64,000 nucleotides of DNA from Ministeria vibrans ATCC 50519 (GCA_943704425.1 CALSCP010001613.1:64957-128956); one strand, 5' to 3'. Shown: positions 12,813 to 26,966, counted from the stretch's first letter. The notes: generated from the letters alone by a model not told the origin. Translations and numbers: made by a program.

Positions 12813-13084
12813 AACAGAGCACTATCCTCCCCCCCAAAAGCGTAATGGTGAGTCTTCAGTGAGCAATAGAAGCGCAGTGGCAGACCAAGACGGAACATTT
12901 ATCATAATATTAGAGTGTACCTTTGAAATGGGCAGAAAATGTATGTGTGGGGGAGAGGAGTCTGGACTCCGGAGTAGAGGGGTAGAGTTTGCGAGTGGAG
13001 TGACTAGCTCGAAAACTAAAACTGTGTGTTTGTGAAACTGAATTAATAATTAATTCCTTTAAAATTATTTCTGTCCCTTGCGCC

Positions 13085-16000
13085 ATGGATGAGCCATCAC
13101 TGGCATCTATTCTGCAAGAGGATGATGACTACGACCCGTTTGCCGACGATCTGTTGGTTGCCGATGCCGTTCAAACTCTCGACAGTAAGTCACTCTCTCT
13201 CTCTCTCTCTCTCTGTCTGTCTCTCTCTCTGTCTCTCTCTCTCTCTCTTTCTCTCCATCTCGCTCTCCCCTCCCCTCGCTTCAACACGCAGTGTGTCCCC
13301 TTCCTCTGCATCTCCCTCACGCCTTCACTCCCTCCCACCCCCACTCACTCCACCACAATCACCCAACGATAGCAACTGCACACTTTGTCGATTTTGACGA
13401 TGTGATGACAGCGGACACAGAGCCAACGAATCCACCCAGTGGGTCCGCTCCAGCGACCCCGGTAGCCGCTGCCACGACGGAATTGACGCTGCCCGCCGGC
13501 TTTGTTGATCCTCTGGAACATCTCGGTTTGTCCGACGACGAAAACGACGAGTTCCTCCTTGAAGCGTCCATGCTCGCCGACGAGGGCGCCATCGGCGACG
13601 CCGACGAGTTCATCTTCGACGACATTCTGCCTCCTGCCGTCATGCTTGCTTCGGGCGCGCGAAATGACGCCGCTGAGCCGTCCGCGACCCATCACGTCAG
13701 TTTTGCTCCTGGTCAACACGAAGAAGGACAACAAGAGGAGCTTGAAGAGCCCAAGGCAGTCGCCGCCGATGACGACCTTGCGATGGCCAGGTCCGTTTTG
13801 CACCCCACAAGCATGGTGGCAACGGCCGACGCGCTCGAGAGTGGCATGAGTCTCACAGAGGAGCCAAAGCCAAACCGAACGCCCTCACACAAAGAAGCAG
13901 TAGAAGAAGAGGAGGTAGAACCCACTTCGCGGCCCACCACATCATCTTTGTCGCCCGTTCACTCACCCGTTCTTCTTGTGCGCCACGCTAACAACGCCAA
14001 CAAGACACCCGCGCGCAAAGACACTCCCGCTTCTCCCTCCTCCTCTCCCTCCTCCACCGCCGCCGTGTCTTCCTCTCGTATGTGGGTGCTGGTCAAACCC
14101 GCCTCAGAAGCATCCCCTTCGTCTACGGCTCCCACAACCAAGGCCGCAGCGGGACCCGGCAAGCAACAGGACTCATTTGATGCAGTTGCCAAGGAGCTTA
14201 CAAACTCCTTCCATGTCCACTACATGGGCTCGCGCGACCAACCCCGTCATGTCACCAATCGCCCTGTGCAAACCATCGACATTGCTCCGTCGGACCCCTC
14301 TTCATCGTCGCCCAACGACCCCTCCATCCGCGAACCACTGACTCTTGTTGTGACCTCGTCGCGCGTCTCCCTCTACAACCGTAGTACTCGCGCACTTGTC
14401 GCCAGTCAGTCACTCGCCGACATTCTTTTTTGTGCCCTCGATCGCGAAGACGAAAACGCCTTTGCCTTTGCCACTCCTCCTCTCAGCCAGAGCCAAGCGG
14501 CCCAAGAGAGCGCAGACACAGTGCAAGTACATGAGTTTCGCGGTGAACGTGCGGCCGCCCGTGAAATCACCGGCGCTATCATCTCAGCGCGCAATGCCTT
14601 TGAGAAGCAGCTCAAGCAACAACAGCTGCAGCAACAACAGCAACAACAGCAACAGCGTCCCACCTCGTCCATTGTGAATGCAACCGCCGCTCCCAACAGC
14701 AAGCAAAAGCAGCAGCAGCAGCAGCAGCGTACCGCTCTCACGACAGTCACTGCCGCCGCGGCAGCGGCTGCCTCCGCCAACGCATCTAACGCACTCGAAC
14801 AGGCACCGCTAATTCGTCGTCAGGACCTTCTCATTACTGCAGGGCACATCAGCAATAGCACAACGCGTCGCGACTATGGCTACCCGACCGTTGTTTCGGT
14901 CAGCAATCAATATGTGTTTGTGGGCATGTCGCATGGCGTTGTCATGATTCTCGACGCCCGTCAGAACCCACGCACGGTCATTGGCTCGCAGACGGCCCAA
15001 CTGTACGAGAAGTGCGGGCCCGTCTCGGCACTCATGTGCATGGTGGACAGCAAGGCTTCGGATCTGTGTGGGCGTATGGTGACGGGTCACGCGTCAGGTC
15101 GTGTGTGTCTGTGGGAGTTGGGTACAGGCAAATTGCTCAAGATGATTGGTGAAGTGCAACACAAGGGCGCCATCGTCAATGTGAGCTTTGTCAAGTCGAT
15201 GCTCTTTGCCGGAGATGGTGGTGCGGGCGGAGGATCCTCATTGTCGTCGTCTTCTTCTTCTTCGTCGTCGTCTTCGGGCGATGGGAAGCGGTCCAAGGCC
15301 GGACGTGGGGGTCGGCCCAAGTCGACTGCGTCCTCGTCACAGGTGAGCACGGGTCCCATGCCACCCGTGCTTGTCAGTGACGCCTCGGGCAGCGTGTGGA
15401 TGCATCAACTCAAGAAGACCATGGGAATGTGGGGCCACGATGCGCAGTGCCTCCTCTCGGGCTCGAGCAAGTCACCCGCCTGTGGTGTCTCCGATTTGCC
15501 TTTGCCCACCGAATGCACTCATCCCACTACTCCCTATGGCATTGTGGCGTTGCTTGCCCATGATCGCGTGCGCTTTGTCGAGCTGCAACCCAAGGTGGTC
15601 GTGGCGGCGACTATTAAGAACGACAGCCCCGGCATTAAGTACGACATTCCCGTTGGCTTTGCCGAAGAACAACTCGCGCAGGCCATGGGCTCCAACACGA
15701 ACACCACCAACGACGAGACGACCGCCACGACAGACAACTCAAGTGAGACCAGCTCTATGATTAGCATGTCCGATGACCGCCGTGCTCCTCGCGGTGTACC
15801 ACCCCCCATTGCCGTGCTCCCTTGCATGGCCTGGCGCGCCGCTTGTCTCGATCCTTCCGACCGCTCGCTAAACCTCGATCCGGTGCTTTGTGTCGCCTGG
15901 GGTCAACGTCTTCTTGTCCTGCGCGTCTCACACGACCGTCGCTATCACTGCGGCATGGCCTGCATTGTCCCCGAGACCGTTGTTGCCGTCACCTGGTTCA

Positions 16001-17822
16001 CGCATCGCACCTTTTCGGTGCTCACCCTTGACGACAAGTTCACCGTCTGGGACCTGTACACTGCGTCGCGTCTCGAGAGCATCTCCCTCACCGGTGTCCA
16101 ACTCCAGTACCTCCGCATCGAACCTCCACCCGGCTGCAACACGCTCATTCCCATCAACCGCCACGCTTTCCAACAACAGCAGCAGCGGCAGCAGCAGTTG
16201 CAAGATCAATCTCTGCCTGGCTCGCCCACGTCGATTCGCTCGCGCTCCGTTGCCCCCACTCCCCCCGCAGTCTCACCTTTGCCACGCAGCTACCACGGTG
16301 TGCTTGCGCCGAGTCGTCGTCGCGGTCAAGTGACCGTGTTGGGTGCCACCAATGTGCTTGTGTTGTCGCTGTACTCATGGAGCGAGCGCATCTCCCACTT
16401 TGTGCATGACACTCGCTTTGTCGAGGCGCTTGCACTTGCCGTCAGTTTCTACCAGGGCACTGCCATGGGCGTGACTGGTCTTACCGAGGACCCTTCGCAG
16501 CGCAAACAGATTGTTCGCGACGAGATTATGGATTTGCTGCTGGCGTATGTGGATCTGACGCTGAGTGAGATTGACGAGTTGTCGCGTCGTCTTGCCACGT
16601 CGGACGTGCCCATGTTGCCGGACGAGGACCCCCACGCGCAGATGAAGACGCTTGCGAGTGTCTGTATGGACACGTGTCTCATTACGGAGAGCACTGCACT
16701 GCTCTTCTCCGACGTATACGAGCGGTTTGCAGCGGAGGCTGAGGCGCGCGCCTGCTTCATCGAGACGCTCGTGCCGTTTATTCTGCAGGACCGTCTGCGC
16801 ACCGTGTCGCCCACCGTCTTCAAGCAGTTTGTAGAGTTCCATGAGGCTAATGGTGAACTGCGCACCGTCGAGCGCTGTCTTGTGCGCATGGACGTGCGCA
16901 ACCTGGACCTGCACCAAATGATCACGCTGTGTCGTCGTCACGAGCTCTTTACAGCCCTCGTTTACGTGTACACACGCGGACTCGGTGACTACACGACGCC
17001 CGTCATTGAGCTACTTGACTGGATTGCCAACAGCATGGAGCGTCGGGCCGATCAGGTGCGCGCCGGCGAGTACGTTGAAGGCAAGGGTGGTCTGGCGGAG
17101 CGAGAGAAGGCCGTCGGCTACAAACTCATGCTCTTCCTCTCGTACTGCTTCACTGGACGTGCCTACCCGAACGGCGTACTCGACGCCGAGACGATGCGGC
17201 GCGCCAAATCTGACGTGTACAGCGTTGTGCTAGCCCAGCAACCACTGCCATACGACCGCAAGCGCCAGAACGACCCGACCACTCGCGATTTTCCTTACCT
17301 GCGCATCTTTCTTGAGTTTGACGCACGCGAATTTCTTAATGTACTTGCCCTCGCATTCGAAGACAGCGCACTCGAAGTGCCCCATCAACAGGAGCCCGGC
17401 AAGCAGCGATCCGTGATGCCCACACGACAGCGCATCATTGACATTCTTCTTGTTGCTATGGGAATGGGTATGAGTGTTTGTGAGGGCACAAGGCAAAAAG
17501 AGCCAACGACTCTTACTCTTTTCTTTTTTTTTCTTTTTTTTTCACAAGGTCCTTCTGGAGACGGCTCGCGTTGTTTTTTCAACGAATCACAAGTGGGTGC
17601 GCTTTATTGTTTTATCGGGCGCAAACTGGCCCAGCATCCGCGCTCTGTGATGGTCACACGGACCATTTTCCAAAACATGTTGGTAGGTTTTCAGTGCGTG
17701 CTTGTGTGTGTTTGTGTATGCGCGCGCCTGTGTGTGCGTGTGTGTCAGTCACATATACTCTGAGTATACGTGTTTGATACGTGATATATATATGTTTGTA
17801 TGTGTGTGCGTGTCTGTCTGTC

Positions 17823-17874
<52 letters not shown>

Positions 17875-18542
17875 AGTTTGAAACTAAATACACACAAATG
17901 TGTGTGCGTGTTGTGGTGTGTCTGTCGAGGCTCACAATCTTGTGAGTGTGCATTTCATCAATGGAGGATATTGGCTTCTGTATGCCACTTACATTTTTCC
18001 CCCTCTGTCTCGCTCTAGCGATATTTAACGGGCTCTCAAGACATGGACACGCGGGAGGAGCGACAGGATGCATTGCTCGAGCTGCTTCACGCAGGAGCCT
18101 TGAAGGACCTGGACGAGACGACTCTTTTGAAGTTGGCTGAAAATGCCAAGTTTTACCAGGTGAGTCCTCATAATAATAATAATTTTCGTGCACTGTATTA
18201 ATACCGTTTTTTGTATGTGTTAGGTTCTTGAGCTGCTGTATGGACGAGAGAAGCGCTACGACAAGATTCTGTTCTGTTATTTGCGGGATGACATGATGCG
18301 ACGCAAAGCATTGGGGTTTGTCCATCGGGTGTTTAATGACAAGGACCGTTTTACTGACAACGATCGGTACGAGACATATTTATGTGTGAATGACGTTTTG
18401 ATAATCATTTTTACGTCTCCCTCCTCTCTCTCTATCACTTTGTTTTTCACTTCGTTTTTTCTCTATTACTTTGTTTTTCTCTCTATCACTTTGTTTCTCT
18501 ATCACTTTGTTTCTCTATCACTTTGTTTTTTCTCTCTATCTT

Positions 18543-18576
<34 letters not shown>

Positions 18577-19735
18577 AATAGAATTCTGATTCGAGAGATT
18601 GCGGTTGAGAATGCGTTTGCTCTGGTATCGTCCGAGGCGCGTTCGGCTGCACCTCTTGTGATGCAAGACATGCCCAAGGAACTAGACAAGATTGTGCTGG
18701 CACTTATGAAGGACCATGCGGTGTGCTACAGTACGACGTGATAAAGAGAGACTTGTTTGTGTTGCCTATTGACACTCATTTGTACCTCTTTGTGTTTTCA
18801 GCGTTTCTCCAGGGAGTGTTTGAGTGGGACGCGCAGGCGCCTGAACGGGGGGCCATTGCCAAGGAAACTATCAAGACGGAGCACCATGAGCTTTTTATTT
18901 CACTCATGTGTGAACGTGAGCCCGCAAAAGTGTACAGTTACCTGAAAAACTCGGATAACTACAGAGCAAAGTACGAAAAAAAAACATGCAATTATGTTTT
19001 TGTTTTTGTTTTTATTTCTTCTTTTGTGTGTGTCTCTGCTTTCTTGTTGTAGAGAAGTTCTCGAAGCGTGCACTGCGCACCGAGTGACGGATGCGATGGC
19101 GTGGCTCATGGAGCAGTTGGGCGACATTTCGGGTGCATTTGCACTTATTGCAGAGACTCTCTTGGTATATCACACAGATAGCACAAGTCACAGAGAATGA
19201 GAATCATGTTGTTTTTGTTTGTTTGTTTTGGGTTTTGTTTTTGTGTGTGTTTAGGTTCGACTTGCGGATATGCAACGAGTGTATCGCGAAGGAGGAGACA
19301 CTGCCACTGCGTTCAATCGTGTCAAGACCATTCTATTGGTTTCCATTGGGGTAAAAAAAAACTGATTTCAGTGATGCATCCGATTTTTGTGTTTCTGACG
19401 GCTCTTACTTAGCTGTGTCAACGAAACTCGCTGAAATTGGAAGAGGGTCCGCGCGAAAAAATGTGGTTTAAGCTGTTAGACACATTAGTTGATGCGCAGC
19501 GCAAACTGAAGAAGGTAATTATGATTGATTGAATGGAATTCAACCCACTCATGCACTAAACGTATCCCTTTGTGTGTCTCGACTTCTCTTTTGTGATCAT
19601 GGTGCGCAGCAACCGCCAACAGACGAGAGCAGTGGTGAGGCACTGATGGACGCACTGCGCGAATTGTCCACTATTGTGCTCAACAATCTCACGGGGTCCG
19701 TCTCACTCAAATCAACCATGTTTCATGTCATGCAG

Positions 19736-19830
<95 letters not shown>

Positions 19831-20996
19831 CACAATCACAACAACAAAAACAAAACATGACAATATTAATAATAATATTTACATAATACGAAGAGCTTAC
19901 TCACACACACACACAATCACACAATCACAACAACAAAAACAAAACATGACAATGTCAATAATGATATTTACGTAATACGAAGAGCTTACCCACACACACA
20001 CACACAATTTGTATGTTTCATTCTTGATAGGATCCCGATTTCTCAACGGGTAAACTAAGTGAGATGAAGGACCTTTTGACGGGGATGCTCGACACATATA
20101 ACTACGAAGCGACACTGCTCAACACAACCAATGCCATTCTGCGCACCGACCTTTTCCGCTCGGCCGGTTGGCTGCGTTTCCATCGCTCAAAGGGTATCGT
20201 AGAGCGTGCGCGAGAAATTGTACTTATTCTCTCGTCTCTTTTCCTTGTTTTATTATAAGGTATTCGTAAGCATGTTTTGGGGGGAGGGACGGCCAAGTCA
20301 CTGTTTGATTTGCTGAGTGGAGCGGATGTTCCACCGCGAGCAGAGGCAGTACTGAGTGAGAAGGGCGGGAGTGGAGGCGGGAAGCGAGGGAAGCGGGAGA
20401 AGCCGGTGATTGTGGTGATGGGGGAGAATGGAGAGCTATTGACCGGAGAGGGAGGAGGAGGTGGGGAAGGGGGAGGAGGGATGGAGGAGGAAGAGGAGGA
20501 TGACGAGGAGGATGAGGAGGAGCGAGTGGCGCGTGTGCAGGCAAACAAGCCTAAGACGATCATGGCGATGATTCGGGCGGGAAGTGAGCGACGAAAGAAT
20601 TTGATGGATCCCGTGGAACGAGTGGCCGAGACTCGCGAGCGCATGCAGAACCGACTGGCCGCCATGACGGTGTACAAGTCATTGTTGGCACAAGATGAAG
20701 AAGATGAGTATGGCTACACTGGAGGCGGTGGTGCGAAGGACGATGGTCTTGGGGCGTGGGGCGGTGGTGGCACAGGGGAGAGTGGCAATGCGAACCTCGT
20801 GTCGCTGTCGCTCGCTCCGCCTCGGGTGCCCATTGAAGACTTTGAGGTGCGCTCTCGTGAGCCAGGCACGTTGCCCGACGATGCAATGTTCTCAGCAACA
20901 CTTGATCTGCCGTTCACAGCCGCTGCCATTGACGACTATGAGGATGATGGCGAAGAGTTTGACCTTGATGCGTATCTCAAGCAACTCGACATGTAA
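13085..20996 (+). CDS. VPS8: Vacuolar protein sorting 8 (CORVET subunit), multi-exon
   Basis: Start MDEPSLASILQEDDD. WD-like propeller (YVFVGMSHGVVMILD, GHASGRVCLWEL, LPCMAWR, VLCVAWG), then the Vps8 domain (ERCLVRMDVRNLDLHQMITLCRRHELFTALVYVYTRGLGDYTTP) and CHCR-like C-terminal exons (LCQRNS, MLDTYNYEATLL). An extra PTB/PID-like segment may lie near 14200-14600. Confidence 0.9.
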
Positions 20997-21315
20997 AAAT
21001 AAAAATTATAATTATTATGATTATTATTGAATGAGCGTATGTGTGTGTGTGTGCAACTAAGCAATACCAGTATGTGTGAAGATAATAAATAGTAAGAGTC
21101 TGCTTGCACTGAGCACAATGTCTGCGCGACAGTCGGAGCAGAGATGATAGATCAAAGAGCGATAAAAATGAGAAAGACAGTGAAGCGCTAGAATTGAGTT
21201 GAGGGCGAGAGGTGAGGTTTTTTCCGTCTGTCAGTGAGTTGGACGAGACTGAAATTGATAATGAATAAAAATTAAAAAATTAAAAAAATTGTCTCTTCTT
21301 ACTATACTCGGTAGT

Positions 21316-23013
21316 ATGCCCCGTCGTGGGGACCCCGTTGGACCGCTACCGGTCCCCATTGAAAACTCGCCTTGCTATTTTGATTTGGAGGTCCGTTTTA
21401 CCTTTCGTCGCTCTGTCTCTCTCTCTCTCTCCTCTCTCTCTCCATACACTCTCTTGCCCCACGCACCTCCAACAAGTACTTGCCCACTCTCAACATGCAC
21501 TGGATACGACTGTTCCCCATCGACGCGTCGTCCGCATTGTGTCTCAAGTGAAATGTGTCATCTTCGACATCACATCCAAAAAAAAAAATTCCCCTTTTCT
21601 CGTCTCACTCACTCACTCAGTCTCTCTCTCTGTGGAGCTCTCTTCCACACCCACCCCCTTGTCGTGCGGCAGCATCACTTGTCCTGCCTCCACAACACTC
21701 ACAAATGTCTCTACTCCTCGACAGTTCACCTTTCCGCACTCCCAAGTCGAAATCGTCGATGTCGTCCTGCTCCTCCCAAATGCTCTCTTTCTCCTCTTCC
21801 TGGTACGTCTCCCCGCTTCCACTCCTCCCTTTTTCTCCCTCTCCCTCTCTCGAGCGTGCCCTGACCTGTTTCGTAGCTCTTCAATTTTCGTCACTTCACT
21901 TCTCGACTCAAATCGACCGACTCAGTCGTCATTTCGCTGTTCTTCGCGCTTACCTGTCTCTGTGCGTGCTCGTGTGTTGTGCGAACATCCTACCATATGG
22001 CGATGCGTTTTGAATTCAATGCGAATGAGGTGAGAACCACTTGTGTATATTATTGTGTGCTGTGACTTGCGATCTATAATATAACACGACAAACACCAAT
22101 AGGTCTTCTGGCTTCTCGTGCGCTTCTTCACACTCATGCTGGAAGTGAGTGTCATTGTGTTTGGGTTTCTCTTTGGGCACATTCTCAATTCCCGACGCAG
22201 TGTCAAGCTGACGCTCGCCCTCACCTTTGGTGTGTCGCTCCTCCTCACTGCCATCCAAGGTGTCCTTGATTTCCTTGGACACGCCAGAACCACAACCGGA
22301 GTAAGAAACACATAAAATTATATATATATAAACAAACACCTGAGCACTCATATAATTTTCGTATTTTTAGTCCAATGTCAATTACTCTAAACTTCACGGG
22401 ATTTTTCTGTGTCTCACGAGCGTTGTATTCACTTTGGCCTATCTTCTCATTATTCTCATTCCGTTTACTCGTTTAAAACGTCGTTTCCCGAAAGGTACTA
22501 AAATCATTCTTAATATAAATAAGAACATACATAACAGAGCTGTGCTCAATGTCAAAACAGAACAATATACAAAACAGAAAAAAATGAATAATTAACATAA
22601 TTATCATCATTATAATAATTTATTTTCTTTCGTGCTTTATTGCACTAAAACTTTTTATTTCGTATAGTCAAACGGTCATTTTATGGCTATGCAATCTTTC
22701 TGTTTGTGACCAATTTTATTCAGGCGTTGGGCTGCGTTTTGATTTTCGTCAATCAATTTGGCGGTTTATGGTAACACTTTTTTGTTATGATGAATAATAT
22801 AATAATAATCCTCTCTCTATTATAGCCTTGTTGACATTTCAATGTACATTTACTTGGGATTCTTTTCTGTTCTTGTCTATTTCGTTATCCTTCGCGTAAG
22901 TCTTTCTATCACTTTGTTTCTCTCTTCTTTTCTCTCTCTCTCGATCACTGTGTTTCTTTCGCTCTCCCTTTTCTTTCTCCCTCTCTCGATCTTTTTGTTT
23001 CTTCTCTTTCCCT

Positions 23014-23048
<35 letters not shown>

Positions 23049-23057
23049 CACTGTGTT

Positions 23058-23152
<95 letters not shown>

Positions 23153-23176
23153 CACTGTGTTTCTTTCCCTTTCCCT

Positions 23177-23215
<39 letters not shown>

Positions 23216-24135
23216 CACTGTGCTTCTTTCTCTTTCCCTCTTTTCTCTCTCTTTATCTCTCTCTCTTTATTTCTCTCATTTTCTTTGCACTATAGGACTT
23301 CTTCAAGATGAACCTGAGCGACATGATTTTCTACGACGACACGAAAGAGTACTCGGAAGGGGCCATCGCCAGCACGACTCAGACTGTCTCGCATGCATCG
23401 GGTGATTTGCTTGTTGCCAATGGCGCTGCTCGTCCCCTGTTGAATCCTGCCGAGCAGAGTGGCGTATACCCGCGCGCCAGTGTTGGTTACTATGGCAATC
23501 CTTTGGCCAATCAGGTGCATAATAACTTCGCCACACTCACGCGTCGCGACTCTGAAGAGGATTATGAGAATGAATTGGGCGTGGGACCGAATGGGGAGCG
23601 CGAGAGAACCTTTCGGGCATTTTCAAGTGGGAGCGAAACCAAAGCCTTGCTCATCAATCATCAGTATTACGACGGCACGTCAAGTGCAATGCCGGCACAT
23701 GCGACGGCCGAGGCCGATGAATACCGCAGACTGCGCGGCGACAGCATTTCGTCTTTTAATGCGCGTCACACCGCCGACCCGTACGTGTTGGATGATGATG
23801 TGGCTGCGGCTCAGCTCGCGGCCGCCGCCACCTCGTACACCCACTACCGTCCTGTACGCGGTGTTGACGCCAGCTCGCTGTATGGTAGTCAGCACTCAAA
23901 GTATCACAGCAGTCATCTCGATTCTATGGCCGACACACCTCTCCCCACCAGCACGTCTACCGCCTCCGCCAATATCGAGTCGTCCACCTCCACTGCCATC
24001 CCTCATCATCATATGATGCCCAGCTCGCTCGATGCGTACATGCGTGCAACCGCAAGCACTGCAGACTCCACTCCTATCATGAGTCCCGTCAAGGGAACTC
24101 CCAGGCGCTCTCCGTCTCCTGATCACTTTGTATAA
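21316..24135 (+). CDS. TPRA1: Transmembrane protein adipocyte-associated 1 (TPRA1/GPR175-like) 7TM protein, multi-exon
   Basis: Exons encode DVVLLLPNALFLLFL and FWLLVRFFTLMLEVSVIVFGFLFGHILNSRRSVKLTL, typical of TPRA1. Long Ser/Tyr-rich cytoplasmic tail in the last exon (23296-24135). First exon uncertain. Confidence 0.75.
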
Positions 24136-24485
24136 AATATTATTATCATTATTATTATCATTATAATTATAATTAATTATTATTATTATTATTATTATTG
24201 TAATATTATTATTAATATTTCTTCTTTCATTCAATCCGTCTTGAAGTGGTTACAAGTTGCCTTGATTAAAAATCACAAACGAGTGTGCAGCTTCTTCAAA
24301 AATTGAATTTGTACTAATTTAAATCGACATTAATCCATTGGACAATCATATAATAATAATAATAATATTGTATTGTTTTTTTCTCTTATCGTTGATGGCA
24401 CCAGTAGAAAATGGATGGATATTTTCCAAAACCATGATGTAGAGAGGCGGTTCATGAGAGACAATGAATGAATGTGTATGTCTTA

Positions 24486-26966
24486 TTAATAGCGCGAAAT
24501 ACCCCTGTTCTGCGCAGCTGGATCGACACGAGTGTCGCTTAACAGAAGTTGTATCACATTGTGATGGCCTCTCCTGTTGGCCCACCGAAGCGCAGCATTG
24601 TCCTGCGCCGCCGGGTCCACGCGCGCATCCGACATCAACACACGCACCGTATCCACTTTGCCCGTCTGACACGCTAGCTGGATCGCCAAGTTGTTGTTTG
24701 CCGCTGGATCTGCACGACCGTCCGCCAACAACAATTTTACCACAGTACAGTGACCAAATGTGCTCGCGCGTTGGATGGCTTCGTTGGCGTTTGCCGCCGG
24801 GTCCGCCCGTGTGTCCTCCAACAGCATGCGGACAATTGTGTCCCGTCCACGCCGACAAGCGTGGCGTAGGGCACTGCTGTCGTCTGCTGTCGGGTCAACT
24901 CGATCATCTTGCAAGAGGAGTTCAACCACTCTTGCGCAGCTGTTCCGGCACGCCTGTCGAAAGGCGTCGTTGTCGCAAGCGCTTGGGTCCACACGTGTGT
25001 CACCAAGGAGAAGACGCACCACCCCGCAAGCACCAAACTCGCTTGCGTTTCGGATAGCCTGATCGTCCTTTGCCCCCGGATCCAGCCGACCGTCGTCCAG
25101 CAACAGTTGCACCGTGCTCGTGCGTCCGTACCTACTCGCACATCGAATTGCCTCACTCTCCGCGGCGGCTGGGTCTACTCGGCGGTCCTGCAACAACAGC
25201 TCTACCACTTCTGTGTGTCCCTCTGCACTGGCCCACCGAATGGCAGCGTTGTTGTTGGTTGCAGGGCTCAGGGGAAGTTGCAACAGCAGTCGAACCACCT
25301 CCGTGTGTCCGTTTCGACTCGCACTCCAAATCGCGTCGTCAAAAATCGGTTGTGACGAAGGTAGCCTCTCTTTCACGCTATGTTCCCACGCTATGCTGCT
25401 GCTTGCTGCAGGGTTCACGCGACCATCTTCTAGCATTAGATGCACCACCTCCAGGTGACCACGCTGACACGCGTGACGGAATGCCTTGCTGTCATTTGCC
25501 GCAGGATCTACGCGATCGTCTTGTAGCAAAAGCTGTACCATTGACGCCATTCCGTCAAAGCAGGCACGTGCAAGGACGTGGTTGTTGCGCGACGCAGGAT
25601 CCACGCGTTGGTCAGCCACCAATAGATGTGCCACCTTCCAGTGACCCGACACGGCCGCGACCCAGAGAGCCTCGTTGTCGCGCACAGCCGGATTCACACG
25701 CTTGTTAGTCAACAACTGTGCCACCACAAGCAAGAGTCCCGATTTGCTTGCCACCACGATGGCGGGTTTGTCCGTTGCAGAAGGATCCACTCGCCCATCG
25801 GCCAGCAATGCCAGTGCGACCTCCTCGTGACCTGCCTCGCTGGCAATGAGAAAAGCCGCATTCATGTCGTGTGCCGTCGGATCCACGCGATGGTCCGCCA
25901 ACAAAAGCCGCACCACTTCCACATGGCCAGAGAGACTCGCTTTGAACAAGGCGTTCTTGGCGTCCACTCCATCAATTCGAAAAGCACGTCTATCGGCCAA
26001 CAACAGGCCTACTATTGCTGCATAGCCCTCCCTGCTGGCAATGCGGAGGGAAATGTTGTTGTCTATCGTAGGATCCACGCGGGGATCCTGCAACAACAAT
26101 CGCACCACCTCAACGTAACCCCTCCGGCAGGCCGAGACGAGAGGAGAATTGTAAGGGGCGCAAGGGTCGACTTGGGGATGGGCCAACAAGCATCGCACAC
26201 ACTCGACGTGTCCATGCCAGCACGCCGAGTCGAGGGCCGCGCTGCGGCGCGCTCCCGGATTCACGCGACGGTCCGCCAACAACAACTTCACCGTCTCCGT
26301 GTGTCCGTAAGCACTGGCAGAACGGATGGGAGAATTCTCTTTGACGGTCGGGTCAACACGTTCGTCGGCCAACAGATCGCGCACCAGCGCAGTGTACCCA
26401 AGCTGGCTCGCCTCCTGGATGGCGGCGTTATCTTGCACCGCTGGATTCACCCGAGCGTCGGCCACCAAGACGCGCAGCGCAGCCTCGTGGCGTCCCGGCA
26501 AGCATTTCCCGTGTGGTTGCGCAAACGACTCGGTCGACAAAGCCATTTGAAGGGGCGCCTCTGTCAACGCCAGCAGCTCATGGACAATCTCAGGGCAGCC
26601 GGCACGACAGGCACAGGTCACGGCAGTCACATGGTCGCACAAGGAGGCGTCGGTGCACTGCAAGAGCAGCAGCAGCAGACGCGCAAGTCCCAGGCGATTT
26701 GCCGACAAAAACAACCGATGCACACGCAGCGGCGCCATCTGCCTGCCACCCTGCCATCGCAATGGATGCCGCTTCAAGCGCAGTAGCACCTCCAGCGCAA
26801 TGGCGTCGGCGTCCTCGTCGTGCAAGCGCATGCGGAGTAACGTGACGAATCCAGTGTCGACCACGATAGCGCGAAACCCTTTGCTCACACTGCTCAAAAC
26901 GACGGCTGTGGTTGGCGTGCACCACGATATTATCAGCGCCTTCAGTTCGGCAGAGAGGCGATTCAT
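24486..26966 (-). CDS. F-box plus ankyrin-repeat protein (about 20 DxRVDP-type repeats), intronless
   Basis: N-terminal F-box-like RLSAELKALIISWCTPTTAVVLSSVSKGFRAIV, followed by repeats such as AIRWASAEGHTEVVELLLQDRRVDPAA. Confidence 0.85.
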   Translation of the reverse strand: MNRLSAELKALIISWCTPTTAVVLSSVSKGFRAIVVDTGFVTLLRMRLHDEDADAIALEVLLRLKRHPLRWQGGRQMAPLRVHRLFLSANRLGLARLLLLLLQCTDASLCDHVTAVTCACRAGCPEIVHELLALTEAPLQMALSTESFAQPHGKCLPGRHEAALRVLVADARVNPAVQDNAAIQEASQLGYTALVRDLLADERVDPTVKENSPIRSASAYGHTETVKLLLADRRVNPGARRSAALDSACWHGHVECVRCLLAHPQVDPCAPYNSPLVSACRRGYVEVVRLLLQDPRVDPTIDNNISLRIASREGYAAIVGLLLADRRAFRIDGVDAKNALFKASLSGHVEVVRLLLADHRVDPTAHDMNAAFLIASEAGHEEVALALLADGRVDPSATDKPAIVVASKSGLLLVVAQLLTNKRVNPAVRDNEALWVAAVSGHWKVAHLLVADQRVDPASRNNHVLARACFDGMASMVQLLLQDDRVDPAANDSKAFRHACQRGHLEVVHLMLEDGRVNPAASSSIAWEHSVKERLPSSQPIFDDAIWSASRNGHTEVVRLLLQLPLSPATNNNAAIRWASAEGHTEVVELLLQDRRVDPAAAESEAIRCASRYGRTSTVQLLLDDGRLDPGAKDDQAIRNASEFGACGVVRLLLGDTRVDPSACDNDAFRQACRNSCARVVELLLQDDRVDPTADDSSALRHACRRGRDTIVRMLLEDTRADPAANANEAIQRASTFGHCTVVKLLLADGRADPAANNNLAIQLACQTGKVDTVRVLMSDARVDPAAQDNAALRWANRRGHHNVIQLLLSDTRVDPAAQNRGISRY

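Noticed and set aside
22842-23295. ORFs rich in SLSLSL / ERERER (also HTHTHT at 19740-19830 and similar elsewhere)
   Set aside because: These are translations of intronic (CT)n and (CA)n microsatellites.
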